Notes: a model not told the origin generated them from the letters alone. A stretch of 64,000 nt of DNA from Bigelowiella natans CCMP2755 (GCA_000320545.1 ADNK01001164.1:1-64000); one strand, 5' to 3'. Shown: positions 39,742 through 53,462, counted from the first letter of the stretch. A program made the numbers and translations.

Positions 39742-41051
39742 ACGAGCAGAAAAAATAAGAATAATGGTAAGAAGAAGACCCACGATGATGATGATGATGA
39801 TGATGGTGATGATCTCAATTACAAGAAGAGTAACGAGTAACAAACATGGACTACATACACAACCGTAATATTATCATATGTTTGCGTGTTCATTTTGTTC
39901 TTATCACAAGCGTCACACGATATTGGTGCGATCATGCCGTTACACAGAAGAAGAGAATACTTGAATTATGGATTTGTAAAGTAGTATTCGATAAGATTCA
40001 AATAACAAATAGACAACGCACCACATGTACTCTAACAGGTGTAGGAGGAGAAGAAGGAGCAGTGGTGGTAGTTGAAATCCTTGAGATTGATTTGTCGTTG
40101 TGATTCTGCATGGGATCGGCTGAAAATGATGCTATTGGCGAGAAAGAGTTGTCCTTCACTTCACTCATAGATTGCTGCTTTCTGCTGTAATTGTCCTTTT
40201 GCTTTTCTTCTTCTTCTTCTCCTTCTTCCCCATTGTTGTCATCGTCGTCATCATTATCATCATTTCTTGGCGTAGTTGCGGGTTGTTCGTGGTCTAAGCT
40301 ACTTGCTTTTGCTCCTCCTCCCCCAAGAATTAAGAAACTATCTGACTGCGGACGTTCAACTGACAACATTCAAAATTTCAAGGAACAAACTGAAAAATCA
40401 TAAAATTGCACATAAAATGAAAGAGTTAAAAAGAAGAAGACATATATTATATGTGGGAAAAGTGGTGAGCGATTTGACTGCTTTGACGTGAAGTTGATTA
40501 AGTGATTAATATTACCCTGTCGCCTACTCTGAGTCGTCGTATTTGTTCGAGGGGTAATACTCGGCGAGGAGGACGGTTTTATGTCCACCACGACCATTTC
40601 GTTCTTATTATTGGATGATGGTGATTTGGCTGCTGCATCTGATGATGGTGTAGTAGGATTGGAACATGTGAATGATACTATTTAATCATATATAAGGATA
40701 GTAATGAGAAGAATGCGATTGCAGCAGTAAGAAGAAGAGGAGGAAGAAGAAGTTTTTTTTTTTTTTTGAGTAATGATGGTGTCGGTAGATAAATATCTTT
40801 TCTCCCCCGCCCTCAAGGGATAATAAGAAGATGCTACCACGTGTTGTTGTTATTGCTTTGCTGCTGCTGCTGCTGCTGCTGCTGTAATGTCGCGTTAAAA
40901 TTAAAAGATACACACTACTACCGTATTTACTCTTTGGCGTTTCTTCCTCCTCAATAGACGCTCCTTCAACTATTGTATTATCTTCTTCTTCTTCTTGTTC
41001 CCTAGCAATATCTTCTCCCTTGTCGTTCAGCTCCAAACTTGTCCCGCTCAT
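36707..41051 (-). CDS. Protein with three MSP (major sperm protein/VAP-like) domains and low-complexity linkers
   Basis: Three repeats of the MSP pattern: LLISPQSITY..LIIENPT..IGYRVRTNVPKNHFIRPRYGFV; ISIHPNRLLF..LTVTNSD..AYKIRTNAPNDFIVMPHCGFL; IRLNPSVI..SLKNVGSRDVAFRI..RPSEGFV. Large terminal exon 36707-~39676, acidic 5' exons to ATG 41051 (5' structure approximate). Confidence 0.82.
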
Positions 41052-41605
41052 TAATAGACTCGAATAATGACGATTTCTCCTACTAATTTTTGCAATAATA
41101 TGACGGGGCTGCTGTTTTTTCTTATGGTTGCTAGCATAAGGAGAAGTAAACTAGTTACTGCTTATAAAGATTGAGTAGTAATGAGACCACCTTGTAACTG
41201 ATCACCAATCAATGTCCTAGAAGTACCTACCAAAGATCGATCGATAAAAATCTCTCTCTATGCTGTTTTGGAATGATGATACTACTACGTTCTACAAAGC
41301 CGTGTTGCTGTTTTTCCTACTTCTGGCAAATACAAGTAGTAGATCCAAGAAGAAAATTAAGGAGTTCCAGAAGGAGAACCAACCGACCGATGGCTATGTC
41401 TTCCGGCCTATCGAATCTAATGAGGAGGTGCTTTTTGATGGCGGCAACTCACAACTTTTAAGATAAAAATTGAGATACTATTTCGTTATGAAGGAAATGA
41501 AAGGGGTTTTAAACCTACGTCAATGTCATTTGCAGTGACGCTTACCACTTTCATTCTCTCGTGAGTTCGAGCCGATGTGATGGGCTGTTCCATTCGACGT
41601 TACAA

Positions 41606-41606
41606 G

Positions 41607-41664
<58 letters not shown>

Positions 41665-41760
41665 ATAGATCTATTATTACTAGATATACCAAGGATACGA
41701 CTTAACTGGCTATCTACCTAACTATCTACCTATCTACCTATCTACCTATCTACCTATCAA
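41606..41760 (+). repeat. (GTT)n microsatellite and (TATCTACC)n-like repeat in a divergent intergenic region
   Basis: About 19 GTT units, then tandem CTATCTAC units. Confidence 0.9.
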
Positions 41761-42134
41761 CTACTATAACTCTTTACTACGAGGAAACTTCCAAATTTTC
41801 TTACCACACTGCTACATTAATACTACTACCTACTACCACGAGTAGTAACCACTGCTATACTTCTCGTGGGGAGGGGGGGGGGAGTATTTACTACCAGACT
41901 GCTTCTCGAAGAGAAGAAGGAAAACAAAGGCAAGGAGAAGAACGACAACGGGGAAGGAGGATCATTCGCGTAATATACCTAACTACCTCTCCCTTTTCCT
42001 ATCCCCGACGAAGATACGGTCCTCCTCCTCAGGACCCGAAACTGACATAGGGAGGGAGGGTGACAACGACAACGACAACGACAACGACGACGAATACGTG
42101 ACCTTCTTCTTCTTCTTCTTCTTCTCCTTCTTCG

Positions 42135-44740
42135 ATGAGAATCTTAACGAGAATCGTTGTTACCACCACCGCTGTTTGGGCTGGTTTTCCGATCTTACTC
42201 ATGATGGCCACCTCCTCCATAAAAGCAGTTGCTCCTTTTGCTGCTGCTGCTACCGCTACTGTGCCCATTCTCCTAACGTTAACAAGGCCAGTTATTCTAC
42301 ACGAGAAGCACTTCCACCACCCAAATTTAGGAATGATTAGGATGAAGATGACGAAGATGAGCGCAGTAGAGAGGAGGCGGCAATCTTGTGGTTATTGTCT
42401 GAAAAGGACAGGGACAATGTGGAGAAAGGAGAAGGTGGTACAACAGATTAAGAGTAACAAAGAGCAACATGATCCTCCTTATGTTGAATCTAGTCCTTCT
42501 TCAAGGGAAAAGAGAAGGTACTATCTACGACAAGCTGTTTGGTCCTGTGTTGCTAGTGCCGCAACTGCAATTGTTGGAACTACTATTACTACTAGTAGTA
42601 GTCGGGCTGCTGCATCACCGATAATGGCAACGGCGATTAATAATGCAGCAATGGATAGTAGTGATAGTACTAGCATTGCATCTGCTTCTTCACCAAATAC
42701 TATTCTTCCTAATGGAAATAAGAAGAGAGTAGTTGTGATCGAACCGACTGATAAGAATGGTGGTGATGCTAGTGGTGGTGCTGCTTCTAACACAATGGCA
42801 ACAGGATTGAGTTTTTCCACAATCAACGATGCTATCGAGGGTGCACAGGCAGGGTCAACCATCTTAATTCCTTCTGGGGTGTACGAGGAACAGATAGATA
42901 TAAATAAACCCAACTTGACACTGAAGGCAGCACTTATTATTCACGGTGACGACGATCACGACGACCCTGGGTGAGTGGCATCTATCTATGGTGGGAGAAG
43001 AACGATAGTAGGCGGTGGCCATAATCATCATCGTCATCATCATCATCTTATCAGTGGTTCTATCCTTATAAAAATGTTAGCAACTTATACTTGACTTGTT
43101 ACTATTTATCCAGGGTGGTTCTGATACAAAGTTATACTTGTTATTTTTTATTTATTTATTCAGGGTGGTTCTGATCGAACATATGACAGAGAATCCGTAT
43201 GAAAACACGATACGAATCAGTGCGCCAAATGTTACAGTGACAGGGGTGGGTACTTACTAATTGTTAGTATCGTAAAAGTGATAATAATAATCACTGTGAA
43301 GTACTTATTATTTTTTATAGCATTGTAAAAGTGATAATGACAGTGGGATATGTAGCTCATCCAGATCATCATGTAAACGACGACGAATTGTGTACCAATC
43401 AACCATCTTGTAGAATAAACTCTAAAGTTATCTTCTCTCTCTCTCTCTCTCTATCTATCACTGAAATTAGCTGACAGTTCGCCATTCTTCGCCTTCCGTT
43501 GCCTCTAATTATGCTGTTAGAGTAGATTCAACGGGGTCCAAGTAATAATTACTACTAACAACCATCACAATAAAATATTGTTATTACTATAATCATCATG
43601 AAGCTACCTATCAACATCTTGTGTCAGAACGATTACGTTCGATCGTGATTATTGAATATTATATCCATTGAGTAGTACTCTTCAGTGCTATTATTATAAC
43701 AATCGCACGGTTCATGAATAGGGTTTGATTGGCTGCAACTCCATCATTATTCATGCATAAATAGGTTAATTGCCTGCTCAATAAGCAGCAAGACTGGAAG
43801 TGGTATTGGCACCGAAGGAGGTAGTAGTAACACCTATCATAAAATAGGAGAGGAAAGGAGGCCATGCAGCTATTGGAATGCTGCTTGTACAGCTTTATCA
43901 TCAATCCCCATCCCCATCCCCAGTGTCAATCAACTATGGATTCATGATATATCCATTGGTCATAATTTCTCGTTAAGTAGGAGACTTTATGGTTTCTTCC
44001 TGCGACATAAACTTCTGTAAGAGGCACGGAGTGGCCATATTTCCCGGTCTAACATCTGAGCGGACAAGTGTCACTTCGATTGAGAATTGTCGCATCCGAA
44101 ACAATGGATTATCTGGGGTTTATGCTAGAGGCGATGCACAAGAGGTGGTTGGATAGTTTTGAATGAAGTGGTGACTACTGCTGCTGCCGATGATGATGAT
44201 GATGATGATGATGATACGTAATAAATAAATAAAAGTAATTGGTATCTACTGCCATACGTGTGTTGTTAGGTTTCAATCTTTAGGTCCGAAATATCAAACA
44301 ATGCACAATGGGGTAGTAAAAGTATTTTTAAATGATGATATGCTGTTTCAATCGTCAAATAGTTTGCAGCAGCCAAGTACATATGAAGGTGGATATCGCT
44401 GAAAGTGTTAAAAAAATAGAAATTACATGCAGTTCTGAGAAACGAATGACATTAAGAAACGCGATAAAAACGATTAGCAAGGCCGTACGAATTTAGTTGA
44501 TACATACAAATTGTATACTCTGATAGTCAGCATCGTGATAGGCAGTAGAACGGCAATCCTAATTATTATATTACTACAGGTGTTACAGCTTCAGGAGGTG
44601 CGTTTGTTTCAGTGGATAAGTGCACATCTTTGAACAGAAATGGTAAGGGAAAGATAAAAGAAGACACAGATGCTGCTGCCAGGGTTCTTCCAGGCGCTGT
44701 ATCAAGCAGTAGCAGTGAAGCGCAGGAGTTTTGTGCATGA
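42135..44740 (+). CDS. Right-handed beta-helix (pectin lyase-like) protein with signal peptide, transit peptide and twin-Arg leader; probable thylakoid-lumen protein
   Basis: Hydrophobic N-terminus, basic transit region, KRRYYLRQAVWSCVASAATAIVG..RAAA; then FSTINDAIEGAQAGSTILIPSGVYEEQIDINKPNLTLKA and spliced exons EHMTENPYENTI, LTVRHSSPSVASNYAV, ISSKTGSGIGTEGG, IENCRIRNNGLSGV, EISNNAQWGV; TGA 44738-44740. Confidence 0.8.
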
Positions 44741-45560
44741 TTCATGATCTAAATTCAAATTGATGACATAATGAATGACATCATGAATATGATGTTGTTC
44801 AGTTCTCATGTTCTGTTCCTGTGCTAGTTTCTTGCGCAATCGCATACACATACGACCATGCATAAGAAGCTCCTTTATTCGATCATTGCAAACTGCTGAT
44901 GACGCATGTCTAGTACGTAGATGTGTGCCTAATGTCTAGCCATGTAACAGCATGGCAAGGGAAACTTGTTATACGTAGCCAAACGTTGTTCATGCATTTA
45001 TGCTTTGTTGTTATTTTATTCATGAGATGCATGCTGTGCATGAGACACATGCATTTGTTTTGCTATGCTTGTCTGCGTACTATGCGCATGCAAATGAAGC
45101 TACATGCATGCAACGTGTGCTGTTGCGGAAGCCGCTAGAGCCGGTACGTTCTATAGCGTTGTCACAGTTTCACAGATCAATAATAGTAACATATAGGCAG
45201 AGATTGTGGCAACCAATTGTTAGCGCACTCGACACGTACATGACAAGCTCATGTAAACGAAAGCACAATCAATCAACATGCACAAAAATTGCAATTGTAG
45301 TTGCATGGGCACCATATCGTGCATAACTTCAGCCTCTCTAGCTCTAGGCTAATATGCCAGCGTACGTAGTGTTGTTACATGCACAACATGCAACAACAAC
45401 AACAACAACAACAACAACACATCGTCAGGCACATGGTATGGGTGTGCCATATTGTGTGTGAAAGCTGTGCGAATTGTTCACAGCACATATGGCGTGCATT
45501 GCATGTATCTAGCTATGCAACATATTCAGTGCTATGTTTACACAATAATATAACTATATA
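44741..45560. other. Partially TpA-depleted, CATG/TGCA-rich intergenic block between convergent genes
   Basis: Dense CATG/TGCA/CACA words with a moderate number of TA left; (CAA)n at about 45392-45418. Confidence 0.6.
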
Positions 45561-45673
45561 GTTCGTTGTAGAAGATGTCTGGAACATGGCCACTCGATCT
45601 ATAATTGACAACATAATATCTCCACATCTTACACTGACTTAGTAATGGAGATCTTGCTCTCATCAAGTGATCA

Positions 45674-46390
45674 TCATTCTTGAGGTATGGCGTTGCAGAT
45701 ATTGCGCAATCCGTGTGCTATGAAATCTTTGTCAAGACGTTGGCCAATACATACTACTCGGCAGGTTCCTATAAACAGAGTGCCAGCAACACGTACTACG
45801 TGAGTGCTATTCAAATCATTTTAACTTGATCATCATAATCAACATAATTATAACCTTCATCATCCTTGTCACCATCTATTATTTACTTCACCATCGATAA
45901 CTATCAATCTTCACCCTCACTTTTTTCATCACTAGCACGTAATTAAATGGTTCTATCGTGTGTGTGTGTACTCCTCCTCCTACTACCTTGATATTCATCT
46001 CCATTCTTCCATTCAGGACCTTGAGTAATCTAAAAGGACAACAACATATTGCAATTGATAAATCATGATAGTTAGTTGTCAATTTCAACTACCACTACAA
46101 GTACCTCGAAAAGTTGTTGAACTCCCTGTAAGTAGTACTTCCTTCTGCTGCTGCTGCTGCTACTATCACTGGATGATATTGCTGTTGGTGTAATACTAAG
46201 AAGACCCTGTTATTTATTTATTATCACGCAGATGGTGTCACGGTTCATATTAGTAAATGATTGAGGAGAAGGAAGGGGCGAGCAGGGGCAAAGACGTTGA
46301 ATAATAGCGATAGTAGGTATATTCTTAGTACATAACAACCATCACCACCATATTATCACTATCACCACTTCTGCCCACTCACAAAAGAAA

Positions 46391-46422
<32 letters not shown>

Positions 46423-46488
46423 CCTTCATACGCATGATGTTCATTCTTTTCTCCTCTGGCAATCGATGATACTCAAGTTCATCTTTAA

Positions 46489-46524
<36 letters not shown>

Positions 46525-47261
46525 TGTTGTTCTTCTTGATCGATGGCATACTGCTCATACTGCTACTACTATCGTCTATTATCTTGGTTGGTGCCGTGCC
46601 ATCCCCTTCCTCCTTGTTCGTTTTCTTCTCAAATTTGAGAAGTGCTGCTCTTTCTTCCTTCTCCCACTATTATTCATTGTATTGATTGAAATTATTGTCA
46701 AATGATGGTGGTTCGGTGCAACACCACTAAAAAACGTGTAGCAATGTTGTTGTTGAGGTGTTCTTCCTTTGTTTCTGATAGAGATTACCACCACCACCAC
46801 CACCACCACTACTACTACTAGTAGAGAATTTTGCATTAGGAGAAAGTCGTTTTTGGTGGCAAGAGAAAGTTGTGCAATCAGACGAGGAGACCTCAATTTC
46901 ACTGTGATGATGATGATGATGACGATATCCAAAAACACATAATACTTCTACTACTACTACTAATACTACTACTACTACTACTATATTTTAAAGAAAACTT
47001 GATACAGTGGTAGCATTAGACTGTTGCAGCAACAACATGATCATGATCATCATCTGCAACAGCAACAGCAGCAACAACAACCTGTTGCAGCAACAACAAC
47101 ATGAACATGATCATGATCATCATCTGCAACAGCAACAGCAGCAACAACAACAACCAGAAGCAGTGCCAACCATCTTCTCAGCCTTGAAAGTGAATTAATA
47201 CGCCCTGTTGTTGTTTAGTATTCTTGGTAGTAGTAATAGTAGCATCTTATGTATTATATAT

Positions 47262-47299
<38 letters not shown>

Positions 47300-47449
47300 A
47301 TGTTAAACACAATATATAGATGATGTTGATGATGATGACGATGATGGTGGTGGTGATGGTAGCCATGAGTTCATAATCTGGTGATGTTAGTTGACGATGC
47401 AGTGATATCACAATTTATCCTCTTATAATATACAAATAGTCATTTTCTG

Positions 47450-47480
<31 letters not shown>

Positions 47481-48387
47481 GTATTCGGCTTATCCTCTTT
47501 CTCCTCCCCCACCACCCCCACCCCTCTCCCTGTCCTTGAAGGATTATGAATTGATGTTTTATGTTGACAACGATGGCGATCACATATCCTAATCTGTCTA
47601 TGAATTGATGTTTTATGTTGACAACGATGGCGATCACATATCCTAATCTGTCTTTCTATCTATCGGTGACGTTTGTGCAGGATAAACCATAGAAAGATAA
47701 AAATAACAACCATGAATATCTATCACACAGGAAGTGATGCTCTCGTCATGAACCTATTGTCAAGATAGAATAAACAACAAATAAGACGAAGAATATATAT
47801 GGTAATTATTACTTATCTCTCCCTCTTCTCTCTACTTCTGTTGCAAACGTTGCTGTATTAATGTTATCATTCATATCATTGATACGGAGGAGGAGGTAGT
47901 AGTTAAAAACAACAATATAGAGGTGGTGTTAAACATAATACATACGCAATCTTTTCCCGCTTTAGGAGGAGGAAGAGGCTGGTGCTGCTTCTGCTTCTGG
48001 TGGTGGTGATGATGCTGCTTGTCGGTAGTAGTAGTAGTAGTAGTAGTAGTAGAGAACGATGATGATGATGATGATGATTCATTATTAACGTTGCCACCAC
48101 TATTACTGTTACTGTTGCTGCTGCAATCCTTCGATGATGATGATGAAGATGATGTACATTTACTATGATCATGATGATGATGATGATGATGCTGATCATG
48201 ATGATGATGATGATGCTGATCATGATGATGGTGATGGCTGTCTTGATCATGACTGCGGTGCTGCTGTTTCTTAACAATATTCTCTGCTGAAGATGGGTTG
48301 TAAGCATCCAAATCCAATATCTGTATTATAGGTTAAAAAGATATATTACATAGAGGAGGGGAAGAAGAGGAAGAGAACAGATAGATA

Positions 48388-48422
<35 letters not shown>

Positions 48423-49138
48423 GAGACTACTAAGCACACATTGCATCTTTAAGAAGCATATGACACACACACACACACACACACACACACCATTATTCAT
48501 TCCAAAGTGTTAAATAAAAATATGTTGCTGCTGCTGTAGAGTACTATGATTTTCACTTATCCACTACTGACCCCTCAGGTTATGATGATAATGTCTATTA
48601 TAACATCTAGCAGAGACATCAAATTTCTCACCTGTTTTAAATCTGCTACTTTTGATCTTTTTCCACCGTAAGCAGCAGTATGCATCACATGGGGAAAGGG
48701 GTGGTGGATAGTAAAAGAGCGGATAAAATCATGAATCGTCACCATTCTGCCGATTCCTCTTCCTACTACTACTACTACAACTACTTCTACTCTACTATTA
48801 TTACTCACTATCACCCCCACCACCACCACCACCACTACTACAATTACCTCTTGTGAAACATGATCACACTTAGTATTGGTAGTTTGTCGTGGTAGTATGT
48901 AGTAGTAGTAGTAGTAGTAGTAGCTACCAGCTACCAGCTAGTACCTAATTGTGACGAGCAATGGTACTGGATTTAGTTTCTCAAGTTCAGAGCTAAGTCG
49001 TTTTATTCTGTCTTCTTGTACCTTAGTATAGCATTCGTATACATCATTTATAGTGATAAAGCACGTAGCAAATCATATAACAATAACACCAATAATAAAC
49101 AATTGCGAAATAGTTATTCCCCTTGTTGTTGTTCTTTG

Positions 49139-49181
<43 letters not shown>

Positions 49182-49231
49182 TACACTGTGGTATTAATTA
49201 ATATAAAGGTGGTGGTCTTCTGCCTAATACT

Positions 49232-49264
<33 letters not shown>

Positions 49265-50011
49265 ATCTAAGTTATCTATCAATGTACATCATCTACCATT
49301 GCTAGTTGTTGCTACTAATATAGTACAACGTACGTACATACGTGGTTAGAACCTACCAAGTCTTTTTTATTCAGTATAATTATATCAGCATATGCTATTT
49401 GATTTCTTGTGGCCTCTGGAATAATGATGTGAAAGATAGACATAGTAGTAGTAGGTAGATCAGAACATCAATAACCAGTATCCTCATACTGATCATTACC
49501 ACTGATCATACTACTTAGTAGTGTGTAGACATTAATCAATCATTATGCTTGTGCCGCTCTACCTTTCTTCTTCTTCTTCTGATATATGGTTTTGATTATC
49601 ATTATTACATTATCTTGTACTACCTGCAACTTTATCTTTTCCATTCATCGATGTCAATCTAGTACAAGCAGCAAATATGTTGTAATATGTTCAATCATGA
49701 TCTATCACCACCACCGTCATCATTATTATTATTATTATTATTATTGTTAAGAGGTATTATCATGGGGAGGTTGTTGTTGCTGCTGCCATTATCAAGAAGA
49801 TACTACAGCACTACTACTACTACTACTACTACTACCACTACTACTTGTACTAATTTTACATGGCGACTCACCAAAATTATGCATCGGTACAGTAAGTAGC
49901 AGCATACGGTGTGGGTTGCTATCTCATCAGAGAACAACATCATCATCATCATCATCGTTCACTCCTTCATTCGTTCATTCTTTGTGGGGTACACACAGTG
50001 TGCTTTCTGCT

Positions 50012-50042
<31 letters not shown>

Positions 50043-50514
50043 ACCTTGCATCAACCAAACCAATGACTCCGTTAAGAAATACACCTTTGAAAATGAGTAG
50101 AACTTGATAAGTATCCTACTACTGCTACTGACTGTTTGATGATGGTGTGATGCTGATGCTACCCAATATCATCATCATCATCATCCTCATCATAATCGTC
50201 TTGTGTGTTTCTTCCTCCTTCTAATACTTCTCCATCATCATTTTACCGACCGCTTCTAGGCTGTCATCTAGCCAAACATAGAAGCCAATTTCCAGGATCT
50301 GCACACCTGATTGTGATATAAACCAGTACTCGATTGTAAACTGCCTGACTGCTCAAGAAATGATGCCGGATTTATAGCTTGATAGTAGCCACTGATATAG
50401 TAGCCACTGTGAGAAGACAAGACACTGAAAGAGAAGTTCCATGCATTTCAGATCACAAGACAAACTTGCATAGTGCTGCTACTATCGTCATTGTCACCAC
50501 TAATCATCATCATT

Positions 50515-50547
<33 letters not shown>

Positions 50548-51099
50548 GTTTATCGACAACACCGGAGCACTCGACGAATATGTGATCAAACTTCCTGGTA
50601 CGTAGGAGGACTTCAAGAGCACTTACAAAGTCTTTCAACAATAAGAAATAAGATCACGACTCACAAAGTTTTCTTTCAACGATAAGAAATAGACAGGGGA
50701 TTGGGTTGGAAAAGAGGCGAGAAGGAGAAGGACACTCTAACATGTATTATAAGTATTTACAATGCAAGGACGTGAATATTACTCTCCAATCGATTGTTTT
50801 GTATCTGATTTCTAAAAATACTGTGATATATCATCATCACATCATTATCCTTTCGATCATGATCAATACTTTGTATTCATATCATGATAACGACTACAAC
50901 GACAACGACGATGATGATGAGATATGGTTTCGGGCAATGCTGATTAAGAAAGACAAAGATAATGCATCATATTTGAAAATTGTCTTCTTCTTATATTAAT
51001 ACCACTCCGCACACTGCAGCATACACAGCCTCCACCAATCTCTTTTAAGTCTGCCACGGCATTTCCCTAAGTTTATAGAAGAGAACCGCGATGATATTA

Positions 51100-51138
<39 letters not shown>

Positions 51139-51315
51139 TGGATGTGCTTTGAGAATGATGACTCAAATCCTACTACTTCAGCAGCAGCAATATGAATGAG
51201 GTAGCAAAGGAACAAACAGCACACGAGGGATGGATGAACCATGATGTGTTGAGATTTTGTAGTTATACGAGGGATGGATGAACCATGATGTGTTGTGATT
51301 TAGTGTAGTTGTACT

Positions 51316-51357
<42 letters not shown>

Positions 51358-51846
51358 GTCCTCCTTACATCATCATCGACAAGCTTAAGATCATCTTCGA
51401 TGCCAACACCAGATGCTTCGTTCTAGAAAATCATGTCACAGCAATAAGGAATAACAAACATTAGATGCTGCTGATTGCTGGTACTACATACAACACACGA
51501 GATTCAATGATATTATGTTTTGCCCAAGTGCCACCACCTGGATTATAGCTATCTGTTTGTTTTGATCTTTGAGTCTCTCCAGCACATTCCTGAGGAACGT
51601 TGTCTTGCCAGAACCCAGCCATCCAGTCACAATCGTAACAGGAACAGCAGGAGCAACCACATCACAATCCCCACTTCTCCTACTCCTTTTCCCTTCTTTG
51701 TCTTGTTGTTGTCCTCCTTCTTCTTGCTTTTCTCCTTCGATTTTTACTACTTCACTATTTTGTTGAGTAGTAGGCTGACTTTTCTCTCCGATAGCCCCCC
51801 CCGTAGAAACCACAAGCTCAGGCATCATTTCATCGTCGCTTTCCAT
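45674..51846 (-). CDS. ZNG1: COG0523/CobW-family Zn metallochaperone GTPase (ZNG1/CBWD-like) with His-rich insert; multi-exon
   Basis: VPVTIVTGWLGSGKTT (Walker A), IAIIQNE, GGCVCCSVR (CxCC), FDHIFVECSG (Walker B region), NQIAYADIIILNK, poly-His tract at 48165-48240, C-terminal CRVVCIGQRLD; TGA at 45674-45676. Confidence 0.92.
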
Positions 51847-52468
51847 GATTTGTTTCGTTAATATCTTGCTAGTTTCCTCTCCTTCGCCTTCTCCTTGCTC
51901 GTTTGTTCACCTACACGCTGAAACAAATTCATTAAGCTTACCTGCACTTCAGAAAGTTCCATACAAATTCACCATCAACAGCAAGAGCACCAGCAGCAGC
52001 ACCACCACCAACATTGCTATGTTCATCATTGTCATCATTACCTTCGTGTGTGTTATATGACACGTACTCTAGAGAGGGGATAGGCCTTGCGTAGTTTTAG
52101 AACACAAAACCCGAGAAAACAACGACAACACTTTGAGAATGTCTTCTCGACGAAATGGATCCCATTTACGTTCTCTTTAGGCAATGAGCTAGCTAGCGTC
52201 TAGGTACGACATGAAAAGACGCATGTCGTATAGTCAAAATAGGCCCCACTTAAAAAATTCTCAGCAGACCGACAGAGAACACCACCACGGGTGGGTGAAG
52301 TAAACACCGACACACGCACGCACTAGATCAATCTACTACAATACTTTGTTGTTGTTGGCACGGCTGCTGTAGAAGGAAGGAGGCATACCCTTTTTGCCTT
52401 GCTGCTGCTTTGGAGTACTCTGGGTGCTGCTTAAGGAGTGATAAACTACTCCTCGTAGAAGCATTATC

Positions 52469-52702
52469 ATGAAGTTTAACTTTCAGGTGATGATGATTAT
52501 TCTCATGTTTTCATTAGCAACATGAATCACCTCTTCTGAATTATTATCTACCTATCACTTTTCTTCGCTCATATCACTGCTACTACCTTCGTTTAGTTTT
52601 CCAATCTATGCGGAACCGTTTATCGTCAAGGCAACATTTTGTTCACTCCGGACGGAAATTCAGTACTCAGCCCAGGTATTATTAGACACCATTAACAACA
52701 CA

Positions 52703-52737
<35 letters not shown>

Positions 52738-52760
52738 ACAACAGACAGGCAACAACTTTA

Positions 52761-52793
<33 letters not shown>

Positions 52794-53462
52794 AAGTAGT
52801 TTTTGTAGCGATTAGAGAAAGATCAGCAATAGCATGCCAAAATTCCAAGTTGGCAAGTTTCTATTCTGATATCATGTCACATGAGAATCAATACTATGTT
52901 TTGGAGAATAATGATTGATGTATGTTCCTGATCTGATTTGGATAGTGCAAAACAATGATTGATGTATGTTCTTGATCTGATCTGGATACTGCAAAACATA
53001 ACATTAGTGGGGAATCGCGTCTCTGTCTTGGATCTTGTTAATCATAAATCTCGCACTTTACCGTTCGAAAATCGGCGAAATATATCACGGTTATGCTTAT
53101 CTCCGGACGGGTATTATAATCTGCGACGATCATCTCCACGCCCTCCCTGCATTATTCTTCTTCTTATTGTTATTATTATTATTATCTATGACCACATCAT
53201 CATCCTCGCAAATTTCAAGTTATCATTGATTGACACCAGTAGCTAGTAATCAGAATCAGTAACATAATACATGTTGAGGTATGGATAGGAGATAACAACA
53301 TCGGAACAGCACCAGCAACTATAAATATTATAAATATAAAATTTTTGTAATGTTATTGTGTACAGCCGTATATATATTCCATGTGGAATAATCGTCCGCC
53401 TTTTTGATTTCTTTTTAAAATTTCCATAGAACTAAGTAAGGTGTGATCTACAAATACTACTA

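Noticed and set aside
41260-41466. 68 aa ORF in the MSP/beta-helix intergenic gap
   Set aside because: No recognisable domain or connected exons; cannot be supported.
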